Shown: positions 1-14,469, numbered from the whole stretch's first letter. The stretch is 63,674 bases of DNA, filler included, from Choristocarpus tenellus KU-1152 (GCA_964200185.2; 7 parts of 7 records of this genome joined end to end with filler, not necessarily neighbours in it); one strand, 5' to 3'. Translations and numbers: made by a program. Notes: generated by a model from the letters alone, not told the origin.

Positions 1-2299
1 TACCACCCGAGGAGGAGTTCCCGAACGTCAGGATTACCCCAAGGAGAGCATTCAGACCACAGGCAGACCAACCAAAACAGTGAAAGGGGGGGGGGGAGGA
101 GATAGGGAGATTACGCACACCGTTGTACTATTGCGAAATTTGTACTGTACCGCACACAGAAATGATATATTGCAGGTAGACAGTATCTTACCCGCAATAT
201 ATCATTAAAATCCTGTCTACCTCTAGTAACAAAGCATGACTAAAAATCTTGAAACGTCAAATCCAAAAACATATGCCACACATGAGAGCATGTGTGAAGT
301 ATGGGTAATATCCCCTTCAATGCATGGCAAAGATGCAGCCACTGTCCAAGGTCAAGTCAGTGACTGAAATGAGGCTATATGAAACTGCTCCTTCATGGTC
401 TGTTGCATTAAATCTAGTTGAAATCTGCAGCCATACAGGGTGGCAATCAACAGATAATATAGACATAGCACAAGCCCCAAAATGTGCTTCCTGTCTACAG
501 ATAACTCTTTCAACATGTGGGAAAGATGGTACCAACAACTAAGGCAGGTTCAGAAACTCATATGAGATACACCATGTCCCCCAGATTAGAACACTTTATA
601 GACCCCTGACACTACTGAGGGACTTATACAGAAGACATCTGCAATTGAAAGGCCACGTTGTTTCTAGCTTCAGATTTATAGATTATGTACACAGCATGCT
701 GCTCTAAGCATATATTGTATTTGCTATGCACTATTTTCACCCTGGGAGTAGTAACACATGCCTAGTGCCTTACTAACTTATGAAAAGTGTGATCTCCCTC
801 TTCCACAGCAATTTTGTACCTATGAACCTCCACCCTAGGGCCACCTTGATTGCGTCTCAAGCACAATCCTGTGACCTAGATCATCATCAAAGCTGACCCT
901 CAAGGAAGTTGCATCCTGTTACACAGTCTTAGGTCAAGGGCGAAGTTTGTAACATATGAACAGATGATAGAATCACTACAACAAAAAATGAGTGGACTCA
1001 AAATACAACATGCATCCCATGTACGCCTGGCTGTTTCATCAGAAGGATTGACCTCCTGTGTATTTTTCTCCTCTTGACTGGCTGTCCAGTCATCTATCTG
1101 GTCATCATCCTTTGCTTCTATCCTCCAGAACCAATACTCATTCGTGTCAAGAAGCTATCATGCTGATCACCCCCTAGCTTGTCCATTGGCAGGACAACAT
1201 TTGTACTCCACCCTTCATGACATGGAGAGAAGCAGTTGTAGCCCTCCTGCATTGCTGTATGCATAGACTTATTCCTGATGTTGCAAAATGAATATGCGGT
1301 CTTATCAATCTTGGCTATTGCGCTGACAGCAATCTTGTAATTGTTGCCCTCTGTTGTTACCATTTGCCTTCCTTGCAATCTCCCTATTGCATTGTCCTCC
1401 TTTGGCATGGCCAGTCTCCAGCACTTGGCATGTCTTTACTTGCCACCTTGGTAGATGTCGCTTGTGATGTTCCACCCACTGCCTTGATGGTTCCTGGCAT
1501 TGACCATTCATGTGCTCATAGATTACAGCCTCTCCATTCACAGTAACCTTTATTGTGGCAACTTGTCATGATCTTCAGTGTACCTCTCCAGGCTATTGAA
1601 GACACATTGATGATTGTCAAGCTCCCATGTGGTTGACTTGTTGAGATCCATATGCCCCAAATTCAAAGCCTGAACCATCATCGCAAGCCAATCAATGTCA
1701 GCTTCTGGACTGTCAATCACTTCCCATGCTTTGAGTGAGTACTCTGTATCAGTTCCTAATCATCCAGTGAGCTGTGTCTCCCTACCTACAGATATGTTCA
1801 AGCGAATTCAGAAGATCAATTCTGTCAGGGTGATTGATATACAGTCATACACTGGTTCACTATCTAAAGGTTGGGGTATCCTCAAGACAATTTCTCCAGC
1901 TGTATGATATGCTGAGTCATGTTTCAGCACACTACTGACATTTGACTCAATGCACTGTTATTGGTGTGGCACGGAATTATTGTACTCTTGCTCTACTGAC
2001 TACTCAAAACAGATTGAACCTAATACACAGATAATTGCTCTAGTCTTTTTTCTGGGTCAGTGCCTCGGAAGTGTGCACTTCAATGCCATTTCCCTCACAT
2101 TCATCACACTCAGGAGCGCTATTAGTAGCTAAACATATACCTCGAGTACACTGCAAAATATCAAGACTAGTAGAGGACAAGGGTGCAATAAGAAATGGTG
2201 GACTCAGGAATTTTCAGGATCGCACACCCAAGAGGAAGGGCATATGCCATCATTATACATAGTCAAAAGGGCAACTAGCACCCACACACAGTGAACAAC

Positions 2300-4870
2300 A
2301 TTAGTGAGTGAGTCCTTTGAACAGGGTAAAAGATAGAGGTCTTCATCTCTATGGACTACATCAAAAGAAATCCAGGAAACAACTTTATCAGTGAATCAAA
2401 GATGAACTACAGGGAAACAGATCCTGCATCATCTAGCCCTAGTTCAGTTTTTGTGGAGAAACTGGTTGTGGTCCTTTCAACCAAGGACAAGCGTCAGTTG
2501 GACATTTTCAAGGGTGAGGAAAAACCAATACAAACTTCGTTTGAATTCTACTTGTACACTATAGAGGGCATAGAAAATCACGCAACTGCTCTCAAAAGCC
2601 ACAAGATGCCCAGAAACCCCAGGTGGTCTTGGACTCCGATCAGACAATCTTGCTGCCACTACCACAGATACACTGTGAAAGTATGTTAGGGTTAGGGTAC
2701 GAGTTTTGCCCTTTTTGTTCGTTTGGGGCTTGGCTTCCCTCGGGGGTATTATGATATTTTCCTACTCCAAAATGTTTCGGAGTAGGCAAAATGTATACGT
2801 TATGAAAACGTGTGTCCGGAACAAGGATATTGACACTTCCTAACAAACACGATAGCCAACATTACATCGAAATCACAACATTGGATTTTGGTCCCCAAAT
2901 GGACACGTCTCTGCCCTTCAAGATACTTTGGCCCTGCAATATTCTGCGGTGGACAACACTGTGAAGAAGCTGTGATAGTACAGTGGACATTTGTGGTGCA
3001 ATATTTGACTCAGAATATTTCTAATTCATCGATGGCACCAGGAAAAGGAGGACATCAGCATGGAGCACCACGTTCAGGACTTGATGTCACCCTCTGCAAG
3101 ACCTTCAGTTACAGATATGAGATGACCAAACAGATAGCAAGTCTAACAAGGCCAGTCTGGTGCTATTTGGACATTCCCTAGATTAGGGGTGAAGAGTATA
3201 TTGACATTGAGTAACGTTGGTGATGCGATAAACAGAGAGTGGGCACATACAATAAGAGTTTATACCGTGCTCGTTTCACTTGGTGCAATAGGAGTGGATT
3301 GGGATCTGGACAACTAATGAATCTCAGTTGAACTTTAGTGACTTCTTTGCGATTCGATTCCTTCACATGAGATTTTCCTGATTGTGGTTTTGTTGGCTTG
3401 GTTTCTTAAATAGTACAACAGTTCCAAAATGTAACTGAGTACTTTGCTGAGCTCCTGAATAGAGTTGATTTGAGTTGATGCTGATGGTGATGTTCACACC
3501 TCCATTAGTAATGAAGTAGAACTAGATATTGTTGGTCCAGAGGGAAGCATGTATGCCACACCTAACCGGATACAAAAATCAGATATTAGTATATCATGTA
3601 CGCCATATGTTTAGAGTTTAAACTAAACTATCTTATTAGTGTCTTCTGAAAGTTCTGATTCTCAATTGGTAACTGCATCTCACACAGACTTGGCATTGTT
3701 TGTTGCTACAATGTTGTCACAGGGTCATGCCAAAAATCGTTAGTAATAAGAGCATAAAATGCAACAGTTGACTACTGATTACCTCAAGATGGCCAGTGTA
3801 ACAAGTGACACATTTATGTTCTAGAGTAGTAACCTTCAAGTGAGTTTTTAAAACGCAACACACAGATTACTACTATGGAACTACAAAAATCTGAATTGAT
3901 AGGGACTGCTCAACCTCATCCACTGATACAGCTTCAGTCCCCGATTCTCTCACACATCTGTAACTGGGAAAATTACATGACAGCTTATAAAAGTCTCTAA
4001 GATTCCTATTACCCTGAGTCAGTGCTTCATGAGGCCTTGGGCATTGTACACATTCCTCGATGGAGCAGACTGTCTGAGGTGAAGAAAGCTGATGGGAACA
4101 GCAACACACTATATATTTCACTCAAAAAGGGCAGAGACCAGCAAGTACATCATAGTAGTAGATGGGAATACATTGTGTCTCATTGAGCATAACAAGGTGT
4201 TTCTCACCGGACTAGCACCACTGGTACTGGTTACCCTCCACCCATTGAGCTTTTGTGATCCCCTGGTCGAGGCAGGTCAGCACACCTGCACCCTCACTGA
4301 TCTGTCCTACAGATCTATCTTGTCAATATTGTGCTCAGGAGCAACAAATAAAGAGTTGATTGGGGTAGTTTATACTGATGAAGTAGTCCACAATCCTGAA
4401 CTTCTGGGGGTGTATTATTTTTGATCTCATACAACCAGTTTATCTCCTCCCTCTCAAGTGATGGCAAATCCTTAAGGATGAGATACTATTGCCTGTTGGA
4501 GAAAAGCACCATCTCCAACTATGTCGGGTACATGGAGCCTTCTTCCGAGAGCACACTTGCCTGGCTATACAGGAGTCAACCTATAGCTCAATAGCATCAG
4601 AAGCAGGGCACTCCAGCACAGACTGCACAACAGGTGCAAATAGGGAGACTTCTATCGCCCATAACCTCCCCAAATGACTCCACTTCCCCTTCACAGGTGT
4701 CTCCCTTGACCTCAGGAATATCTGGTAATGATGAACAAGGTAGTGTAAGGACTGAATGCATACCTCAAAGTGTCCGTCCCACATGCACTGCTCGTGATGC
4801 AGTACAAGTTATAAACATCAGTAGTGGTGCTTGCTGACTACACTTGGGCCACTTGTAGATTGAAGATCAG
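2300..4870 (+). mobile_element. Highly degenerate LTR-retrotransposon (Gypsy-like) relic in the eIF2B intron; boundaries approximate
   Basis: Stop- and frameshift-ridden fragments resembling RNase H (HTCTLTD) and integrase (AHLPGYTG, PFTGVSLD). Confidence 0.3.
2673..2934. mobile_element. MITE family A copy 1
   Basis: About 260 bp, homologous to the other copies; TIR core AAAGTAT(C)TTAG..GGGTA / AAGATACTTTGG; internal hairpin TTTTCCTACTCC..GGAGTAGGCAAAA. Confidence 0.85.
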
Positions 4871-5889
4871 ATTACATTGATTATGTTACCTTTAACTTCA
4901 TAACTGGTGAAGCAAGGAATCATCTTACCTCCTTCCAGAGAGCACAAGCCCAATTTAGCCGGTCAGGATGACTGGTGCGCTGGAGCTGCTCACAGGAAAT
5001 GACATCTCAGCACCCATGCCACTTGTGGGGATGTCAACCGGCAGCCTCTCATCAGCATATACAGGAACAACACCAACTGGTGTTTATGATGCAATTATCG
5101 GCCACAAGAACAAAATCTTGGACTACTTGGTCAACAAATATGACAACGGTGTCCCAGGGCCTAATTCAGTAGAATTTTGTTTTGATGTATCACATAGCTG
5201 AGTGGTGTGATACGTGAGTCGATGTTGTGTGCCCTGGTGTTGGAAGATCTCAGGCCTCCCAAACCATCCAGTACATTGCAACATATCATGATACAGTGTA
5301 TGTTCGTATATATCATAGCACTATCTTAAGGAAATGACATATGCTCTTGGTACTGTGTTGCAAATAATGAAAATTCATGTTATATCTTACGTGTCATAAT
5401 GCACCCGCCCAAAACTTGTTTTACACAGGTTAGAACCAGTAAGGCTCCAGTCCCCGACACACACAACACATGCTGCGTATGTAATATTACACATGTAATG
5501 TAGTCCATGGTACAGTACATCATAACCAAAACGAAAGGGTGTAACATGATGTTGAAACAATTGGTACTCCTCAGCACTCAAACTAATGTTAAACGCATGT
5601 TAGCATAATAAAAGGTTAGGATGTCACCTTTATAGAGATATTGTGATTTTTTATGCCATTGTCCAAAAGCATTACCTCTATTTTAGTACTCTGGAGTATT
5701 ACCTGGCGATTCTGAGACGTCTGACAGTTGATGCGCACACACACATCAGCAAGGGTTGACCTCACTGCTGATAAAGAAGGAACAGGAATATGATCAATTT
5801 CTGTCAACTGTGCACAATTTAGGTCTAAATTCAAATATAGATATACAAAAAAAAAGGAATAAACAAACATGCATATACTAGAATCTCAC

Positions 5890-6003
5890 TTTGCATGAAT
5901 GGTCTCTGGGGCATGTTCCTTGATAATCACATCCATATCCCTCAGTTCTGTCCTGAGTTCTCCAATACCTTCAATCACAGACTGTCTCAGATCTGGAATA
6001 TAT
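5890..6003 (-). CDS. EIF2B2: eIF2B beta subunit, exon 4 (later exons not found; probably left of the window)
   Basis: tag|A-YIPDLRQSVIEGIGELRTELRDMDVIIKEHAPETIHA-AA|gtgag matches the conserved L+..VIE.I.EL..E......I...A.EHIH.NE segment. Phases consistent. Confidence 0.85.
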
Positions 6004-7025
6004 CTATGTTTGGTGGGGAGGGGGAGGGGGAGTAGGGAACACACACAAAGAACAAAAAAACAGAACTTAACAAGAGTGGGGTTAAGGGAAGGATCTGCAA
6101 AGCAAGTGAAAAAAAAAACATATTCAGAGGCATGCTAATGCAGGTTTTTACCCCACATAGGTAGAGTAATACCACATGAAAGCGTGTATTTCAACAGTCA
6201 AGCAAATGACTTCTGGGATATGATTAGAATATCCATGAAAATATTGAATCCAAATAATACATAGCTTGAACAGAGGTATCAAGGATGCAATCTATGACAC
6301 TGTTTGCTCAACAAGTTCAACTGAAAAGATGTCAACACAAGGGGATGTATCAGACATACGAGGAAGCAAGTACCCCTCCTGCTCACTCTTGTTTCAATGA
6401 CTTCTCCACCAAGAAAATGCGTAGCTACAATATCTCACCCTCATACTTTGCGGAATTTTATCCAAAATTCCAAGGACCCCCCCCCAACAGTCTTTCCCCT
6501 CTCATTCCAAGCCTGGTCATAATTAGTAAGCGAGACTATCTACATCAGTACCAGAAAAATGGGAAACACATATCAGTATCAAAGAGCCTCTCACCAAAGA
6601 TTATCACATCACGTTTCAATAGGGGTAAGTCCAAACAAACAAGCACAAAAAAACAGACTAGCTAGGGTCAGAAAAAGGACTAACAAGAATGGTGCCTATA
6701 ATGTTGGCAGACAGACAAAGCGACACATATTGTTTGAAATATGTATATATATATCAAGCTAGAAAGCGATATCCTGTAAGCAAGGACAAAATCCCTCTAG
6801 AACACACTGTCCATCAAAACATTTAGAACCCCACGTTATCTGAGATGGACACTGGACAAGATTTTGCCTCATATGCTTCTACTGGGTTTGAGTTGTGTTC
6901 TACAAGTGTCACTAGTCTTATGGCCATCATATTTGTACACATGGCAAAAAAAGCCCAACTTTACACTAGAGGTTTACATAAGGAACCTTGTGCCCTATGC
7001 TGATGCCTTCCTATTTTCAATCTCA

Positions 7026-7050
7026 AACCCTAACCCTAACCCTAACCCTA
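7026..7050. repeat. Interstitial telomere-like (CCCTAA)4
   Basis: aaccctaaccctaaccctaacccta. Confidence 0.8.
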
Positions 7051-7274
7051 AGCACATGTAAAGTTTTTACAAACTCGGGCAACTGTTGAGCCAGGTGGGA
7101 AAATAGCATATCTAACCAAGCTTAGACTCACTAAGTCACATGCCCCATAGGCAGCACCCCCCAATCCCCACATGATGTGAGTTGGGTGCGCGGCTGGGCC
7201 AGGAAACTCAGTCAACAGGAGACTATCCAAACCACCACCCAAACGATGAGTACAAAATGGGCAAAAATACACAC

Positions 7275-7483
7275 CTGTCATAATCAGTTGCACTTGAGGT
7301 TCCCCCAAGCACAGCCTGCAGCGAGGGGGCACCAACACCCCCTCCTCCCGCTGCCCCTATCCCGGCCCCTTCAGTCCACTCCAGATCTTCTGTCCATTTT
7401 GTTTCACTAATGTTTTCCCCTCGCTCTAGCCCAGCAAGGGTGGACTGGTACTCCTCTCTTACAATGTACAAGACACGTCTAAT
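7275..7483 (-). CDS. EIF2B2: eIF2B beta subunit, exon 3
   Basis: tag|IRRVLYIVREEY...DYD-AG|gtgtgt continues the conserved GNM-[IV]RRVL..IREE motif in phase 0. Confidence 0.88.
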
Positions 7484-8931
7484 CTATCATGCGGAGAAAA
7501 AAAAAAAGGGTTCACAGAAAAGAAAAAAAACTACATCATAAGTGAATATGTCACTTGTTGTGATGGAAGAAAAATGTCAAGCCTCCCCGCAAAAAGTTGA
7601 GGAAAAATGATGGCAAAAATAAATTTCAAAATAAATTTAGGAGTGGGGTGCATTCTTACTACCATAAATTAAATGACGTTTGGTGTAGCGGAAAAGATTA
7701 AAAAAATTGTAGGAAAGAATGGTACCTGAACGAAAATGAGAGTGTGTGGAAAATATATTTGGAGAAAAGGTCAATGAGGGGTACAAAGGGAATAATGACA
7801 AAAACATGAGTGCAAAGGGTGAACAAAATATATTGAAGACAAAAGCAACCCTAACTACAGCATATAAAAAAATAGGGGCAAGTGCAGAGTGAAGATAGTG
7901 TGACATAGTTGGGGTCACTTCATTCCATTGGGAATTCAATCTGTTGCACTACATACCACTTCAGATATCAGAACGTAGTATCACTGCTCCTTAAAAATCT
8001 AGTTGTCAAGGTGTTGATTGAGCTGCCACTGTTCCACCAAGTCACTAGTCCTGAACAAAACCAGTGAGTGGGTGGAGCCATGGTATTTCATCTTGCTACT
8101 GGCCTTGATCTCCAAGTTGGGTAATGCTTGTCCACCTCCTATTGCTTCAACATAACCCAAGAAACATGCAGCAGGACTACCAGAATAGTAAAATTTCAGA
8201 ATGATATCCCTGTGGGTTGACTTACATGCTGAAGCACCTCTCCCTCAAAAACCTAGAAAAAAAATATTATGCTTGGTCCAGTGTGTAACAGACCTAGTTG
8301 CAACCCAGGGTTGAATTTGGTATTTAAAATATTTACATTCATATCTGAGAGAACAATCGTCACTACAATTTGTACTGGATGAAGAGACTTGATAATCACA
8401 CTGTTACAAAAAAAGAGATCAGGTCAAATGCACTTCAGTAGAGAGAGAAATCAACACACAACCACAGTAGTGCTCGTATCAACTAAGAGTGTCCAAAATA
8501 CCCATACGGATGTAACACGAAACAATTTCCATGTATTACATGAAACATAGATGTACCCCATTTGTAAATGCTTGGTGGTATGCATGATACCATGTATACT
8601 AGCCATACCAAGAAGGCAATGTGTTCAAGGCCTAGTCAAGTGAAGGATTTAAAAGGAGGGAGACTGTCATCTTTTCAGAACTACAAAATCATGTGGAGGC
8701 AGGTACAAGAACGAAATCCATGGACATAAATTTATCCAACCAAATGCAGGCAACCAAAACACCACTTTTCACACACAAGACACATACATCCACCTATCCA
8801 CCCACCCACCCAACATTTTGACACTAAATCAACCGCCCCCTCATCTATCAATTCATTTATCCATCAACCACATTCAACCACATCTTGCTAAATCAACTAT
8901 TCATTCCTCCATTCACATTTGAAGAGCTCAC

Positions 8932-9097
8932 CATGTTTCCCACCGCCAATTCACTTGGTTTAGCTGCTATCAGTTCCTTGCCCACCTCCCTTACCAAGTC
9001 CATGAGTTGTCCCGCTGTTCCCCATTTGCAAGTTCCCACCATATTGCGCAACAGTTCTATTGTGAAGAGGGCACAGTTGTATGGACCACTAACTTGC
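8932..9097 (-). CDS. EIF2B2: eIF2B beta subunit, exon 2
   Basis: RQVSGPYNCALFTIELLRNMVGTCKWGTAGQLMDLVREVGKELIAAKPSELAVGNM matches the eIF2B-beta N-terminal helical domain (PSELAVGN motif). cag| acceptor and ATG|gtgag donor. Confidence 0.9.
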
Positions 9098-10000
9098 CTG
9101 CATATGGTGGGAAAGGTGGTTGATTCAGTTTGTCGGCTATAGATTGCATTTAGAACAGGGAACAAAACTTCTAGACCTCTCTACAATCAAATCAATTAGC
9201 ACAGCATCTAACTCAAGATTACTGCAAACACAGTACAGCCCCTGGGAGAGAAAAAGCATCCTGGAAAGGGTTAAGGTTTGTGGGAGCCCTCTCTCTCAAT
9301 TTCATTTTTCATCCTCAAGCATATACTCCTTCTACTCCAGCATATAGATCTGATATGGATGTTTCACGTTATAAGATAGCTTGAGAATTGAGGCATGCAG
9401 GCCTCGTAGTTTGAGACAGGAATTTTATTTTAACGAAGAGAGGGTACTTGTTCCGTACTTGAAAAGAGACACTTGTCAGCAACTTAGATCCCTGGTCTTT
9501 GAGAGGTCCGTCAGTTGTACATGGCTGAATCAATGTAACCCATTGTATTACCATTTCAGCCTTACTTGCTTGTCCAGACCAATATGTAGCAGCTAGAAGA
9601 GGATAGGACATAGCCTCTGAGTGAGAGTGGTTCTTGAAGTTTATATTTATCAAGAATGGAGAGCAGTAGTAGCTAAACGCAAGAACCATCACAGCAAACT
9701 AGGAAGTGCAGTTCACCTGTCTCCTTGAAGGCCTCACAAATCGCCCCCAAATTTGACACCCTTGCACCCAGGCTTCCACAAAACTCTCCATAACATGGGA
9801 TATTTCGGACATAATCTCCATATCAATGCTATATACTTGAACTGGGTAAGAACTTGGTAGGGGATACCTTAGTGCAAGACCAAGACAAGCAAGAAAAATG
9901 AACAATTTATCTCATTCCAACAGGTCTTTGGCTTGCTTCATGAGTTTGCGAGTAGAACTTCCCTTTCTCCCCTTTCTATCCCCCTCCACGTCCCCTTCAC

Positions 10001-10158
10001 CTTTGCTTGAGGTTTACAACCAGGGTATCCAGTTGCTTAAGTATCTGCGCCCATTGCGACAGCCATGTGCGAAGTTCATTATGGCTCACGTCGAAACCCA
10101 CAGGGGTGTGATGTGACCGCACATCCGCGGCACTGGACATTCGCCTTTGGCGCTCCAT
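10001..10158 (-). CDS. EIF2B2: eIF2B beta subunit, exon 1 (start ATG at 10158 or 10140)
   Basis: Reads ...ILKQLDTLVVNLKQ-AG|gtgaag. The phase-2 donor joins the exon 2 acceptor cag|G CAA GTT in frame. CpG-rich 5' end. Confidence 0.7.
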
Positions 10159-10599
10159 GCGCAACAGCTTGCCAGACTGCAACAGAAGGAGTATCAGAAG
10201 CAACAACAGAAGATAGACCGGATGGGTGTTGGTTGTGTGAATGATGGCATCTGAGCATGATGCAGGCACTCAGTTTGGGGTTGGGGAAGTAAAAGCTGCT
10301 AACAAGGCACAATAGGATTTATGGAGCAGGTTCCAAGGGAAGTGTCAGGAGATTTAAAAGGAGGGGTAGGAGCATGTCTGATAGACGCGTGGTAATCAAG
10401 AGCAACTACCGAAGAAATATTCTGAGACTACGGGAAAAGAAAATTTTAGCTGCAGAAGAAGCTCACTCAAACTCTTGTATCTAGCTTGAGGAATTTCATT
10501 ACTTCATAATCTGATAGTGTGATGGTTCCTCTGAAGCAATGGTAAGTAAAGGAGGTATGTGTTAATACTTTTTGTTTCTGACGCTATCAGCAATGAAGT

Positions 10600-12000
10600 T
10601 CCTCGCTTTTACGCGCTATCCATTTTAGCTTGGGATTTTACTTTAGCAGCTACTGAACAGGCCAAAGTAACATGAAGTTAGATGCTCGATCACTGCCTGA
10701 GGCTAGGATGAAAAGGGGGATTATAGAACTCTGGTAGTCACACAACTGAACTCTAACAGCTTCAATAACGCGTCTTCTTCGCAGCGCAATTGGTCAAGGG
10801 GTTTCAGGACACTGATAAAAACAGTTCATCTGAAAATTAACGGTATCACCTTTGTTGGGTGACTCTGGCTCAGGCATAAGTTGCATAGAGGGTCCACATG
10901 AGACTGTCCTCTGTGGGCATGGGACATCTTCTATTGGTCTAGACCGTCAATGCGTATTCTACACCATCCACAAGTGCAATAAAGATCGCACATATCTTCA
11001 GTGTCACCTTCTCACACGGTGGGAGACTTCTGATGCACACAGCGCACAAATGTATAACGGTGACTCAGACCTCAAAGATAAGAGAAAACTACGAGCAAGA
11101 ATCCTTTGCACGTGAATTCTCATCTAAAAAAAGACTGTAAAGACCAATCTAATTACGAAATGCGTTAGAAAATGAGGGCATAGAGAATAGATATATCCGA
11201 GTCCACCAACGGCATAGACGATTAACTCACCTTCGTAACACCTGCGACTCACTAATCACCTTACTATCTTTTCAAAGTCCATCCCTACCAATGAATGAAT
11301 GCCTTCCAATCCTATGTAAAATCCTATATTTAATTTTGTTTTGGAACACTCAACATTACAAATGGCCAGGGCGTAGGGGCAATTGATCGTACATTCGCTC
11401 TTTGTTGAGGGGGACTCCTTATCATTGCAACATCTCTCGTTCACTTAGCTACCTTTACATTCGCTAGTGGTCTCCATTGGGAAGGTTTGGGTGCTGAATC
11501 TTATCTTGGGGGAGGCAGGGACAGTAGGTAAAGGATCCTTCGCCCACGAAATCGGATATGGTCGTATTTTCTGTCTGACATCAGATGCCCTGCTCGTAGT
11601 CGAGCCCACCATTGTCGCATTGTCTTTCTCCTACATCTCTTATGGTGTAGAACTGGCTCTGGCTGTAGAAGCTTGGTCGATTTCAACTCCCTTTCGCTCA
11701 CAAACGTATCGTGGTGTTGTTGCTGAAATGTAGGATCTCAATGATACTCAGAAGATGTAACACCTACACCTGATGTTGGACTGGTTCGTGTGCTACGATG
11801 CCTATAGTGCCATCCAATTCATTCATTCCTCACTTCTCCCTTCGCCGATGGTCACCTTGTCTCTTGTCGCGACGTTTACCGCCTTACTAATGCAGAGAAG
11901 GAGGTGCTCCAATGAGATCTTCATCTGGCAAGAGGAGGAATGTCGCCAAACCGGGAGTGAGATATCATCCCCCAACACAATAAATTCTATACGACTATTG
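10600..12000 (-). mobile_element. Degenerate Copia-like gag-pol relic; boundaries approximate
   Basis: Fragments GLGYIYSL (LGxNLxS-like) and RRRRVIEAVRV..LLW (integrase ERRNRTL..W-like), with many stops. Confidence 0.3.
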
Positions 12001-13899
12001 ATGTGGTCTAGTTGTTGTCATGTCTAGGCACCTAATTCAGGTCTGACCCACCCTATCTATTGCTCTGCCCTTGAACGTCCACATCATCTCTACCCATTAC
12101 CTCCCTCCTCAGTTTTGTCCTCCTGTGTACCCTCACCTCAAAACCCGAGCCTTGACTCACTTCTCCTCTCCATTCCGCTGGTCTTTGCCTTTCTTTGACC
12201 TTGCGCTGCGAACATTCATCTCTCAAGTCCACAACGAGGTTGCAGAAAGATCTACAATACAACCTCCAGTTCAGTACATGACACCTACCTAGTCCAACTC
12301 GAGCATTCAATCCCAAACCAATAAAATACATATTATCTTTGACCCAATCCCAATAGTCTTGCCCTGTGCTTCGATCTTACTCTCAACTGCTGCGGCAATA
12401 ACCACTGTTGGCTACCATAAAACAAACTGCAGCAGTTCAAAGTATCACCCCAACCGAATCCACAGATACGTATCCATAGACTATGCTATATCTTTTGTGC
12501 TGCAACTGTTCTGTTGGCCACGGTTCAAACCCCGACCTAAACCCCGACCTAAATCCCAAACTATCTGAAACCCACGCCCTCATATCACCATCCACCGGAA
12601 ACACAATCTCATTTTCGCACCAAAATAGACTTGGCCTAACCTACAGCAAAGACCTGTACTGTTACCTCTTATTGTTTCCAATGGACCTCGGATACCAAAA
12701 CTAACAAACCTCTGGAGTGCAGAGGATTGACTCTATACTCAGTCAGGATCGGCAAGCTCTGAGACTCAACTTCGGTTTAGGTCTAAACTTGCACACACAT
12801 CAGCAGCAACGCCATGCATCCTTCCACTCCAGGGCTGGCCACAGACCTGACATGGCCTTTGGTGGTGCGAAAGGGACCGAAAGAAGGGGAAGTAGGTTCA
12901 TAATCCTAACAAGAGCATAAAATTGTATAATTGAAGGGCAGGGGGCACATTAATAATGCAGCGGACAATATATGGTTAAACCAATATAATGGATCTGTAC
13001 GGTATCCCTCATTGACCGTAGTGCATTTTCCCTGTATCATCCCATACCTGCTCAAGTTTGGCATAACTCTACACATATATCAAGGTAGACGGCGGATGGA
13101 AGGATGTAGATCGTTGTTATATATTTAATTTTGTCACCTTATTGAAATGAACCAATATATTTATGGTGCTTTGTGGATGTTGCGTTGCTTTCATGATTTG
13201 AGCTGGAATAAAGTTTGACTATCTTGAGGATGGGCAGGGCTATAGCAACCTGTATATCATCCCCATCAAATAATAGATCTAAACATCATGGTGTATATGT
13301 TACTCATCTATATTTTAGGTATGAGCAAGTCATATGTCCGGTAAATATCTGCACTACTCATCACCTTTAAAGATATGCTAGCATTCAGGGAGTAATTAGA
13401 AGTATATACCTCTAATGCAACAGTACAGAGATTTCATTAGACCAAATCCACTTAACTCACCTCCAGAACATGGTGTGCCATAGGGCAGCGTTGTGGTGCA
13501 CTGAAATCGTTCAAGATGCACAATTCAGCACAGATAGCCTCACATGAGTCTCTGACTCCACCCTGGGTAATATTAGCCTGGTAATTTGCACGTCATGAGG
13601 GTCTACTGAGTCTAACCATAGTAGCACGTCCTAGCTAGTGTGCCCCTAGTGCATATTATTTGTATCACTTCCATTAGAAAAGGCAACCTGTTCATATGTG
13701 ACTATCATGAAGGAGATGACTGACATGCAATAATGGAGTGTGAGGGGCAATCTTTGTGGCATTTGCATCAAAGGAGGATTTCCTGTTGGTATATAGTGTT
13801 CTCTGTTACTAAAAGTTGGTGTAAATCCTGGAAAACGAAATGGTAAGAATATTCATTTGAGCTGGAGTGATGAGGTAGGTGAGTAGGTCTTTGAGAAAC

Positions 13900-14240
13900 C
13901 ATGATGACTCAGAAATATTTTTGAGTAAGTGTTTGTGCTGAGTGAATTTATGATGACATTGGACAAGTTAGAACCAACTGGACAACGACATACCTGAGGA
14001 CAGCAGGTGTGTGACAGAAACATGATCTTGCCATTTGGTGAGAAGTCAGCCAGAGCAAGACCATGTTTGTGAACGAGTGCCTCAATTTTGTGATAATTCC
14101 ACCAGAAGAAGGATGAGCAAGTTTTCGACTAAGAGCACACCTTTCCCTGCTGATTTTTTTTGCAAGAGGTTTAGAGAAGCATTCTATTGGTGCTGTGTCC
14201 AAGCCCTGATGTGGTTCTTTGACCTCTACCATTCATTCGT
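13900..14240 (+). mobile_element. Copia RNase H C-terminal relic
   Basis: PADFFCKRFREAF resembles the ADIFTKAL...F motif; upstream frameshifted EDS/SQSK segments. Confidence 0.35.
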
Positions 14241-14469
14241 TAGGTCTAGCGTTCAAGTATAATTAAAGGGACAAAACACTTGGCACAATGCAACAACAAA
14301 CCTCCGACCCCTATCAAAGTGCAAGAACAGGACAAGGGCATAATTCCCATGTAGATAGTCACTGTCTCAATGACTAGCTGCAATGCTTCCACAACTGCAA
14401 ATATGGGGCCACCTTAATGTTCCAACATTGCTGTCTGAATTTGTTTCTCCTTCTGTTAAATCACTTGAA

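Noticed and set aside
5703-5807. Candidate fifth eIF2B-beta exon (cag|...CAG|gtaat)
   Set aside because: Phase-2 joining gives an immediate TGA, and no frame resembles the expected EVILT.G.S segment.
12053-12331. VSQGS...DD resembling a LINE RT fragment
   Set aside because: Motif match too weak to support.
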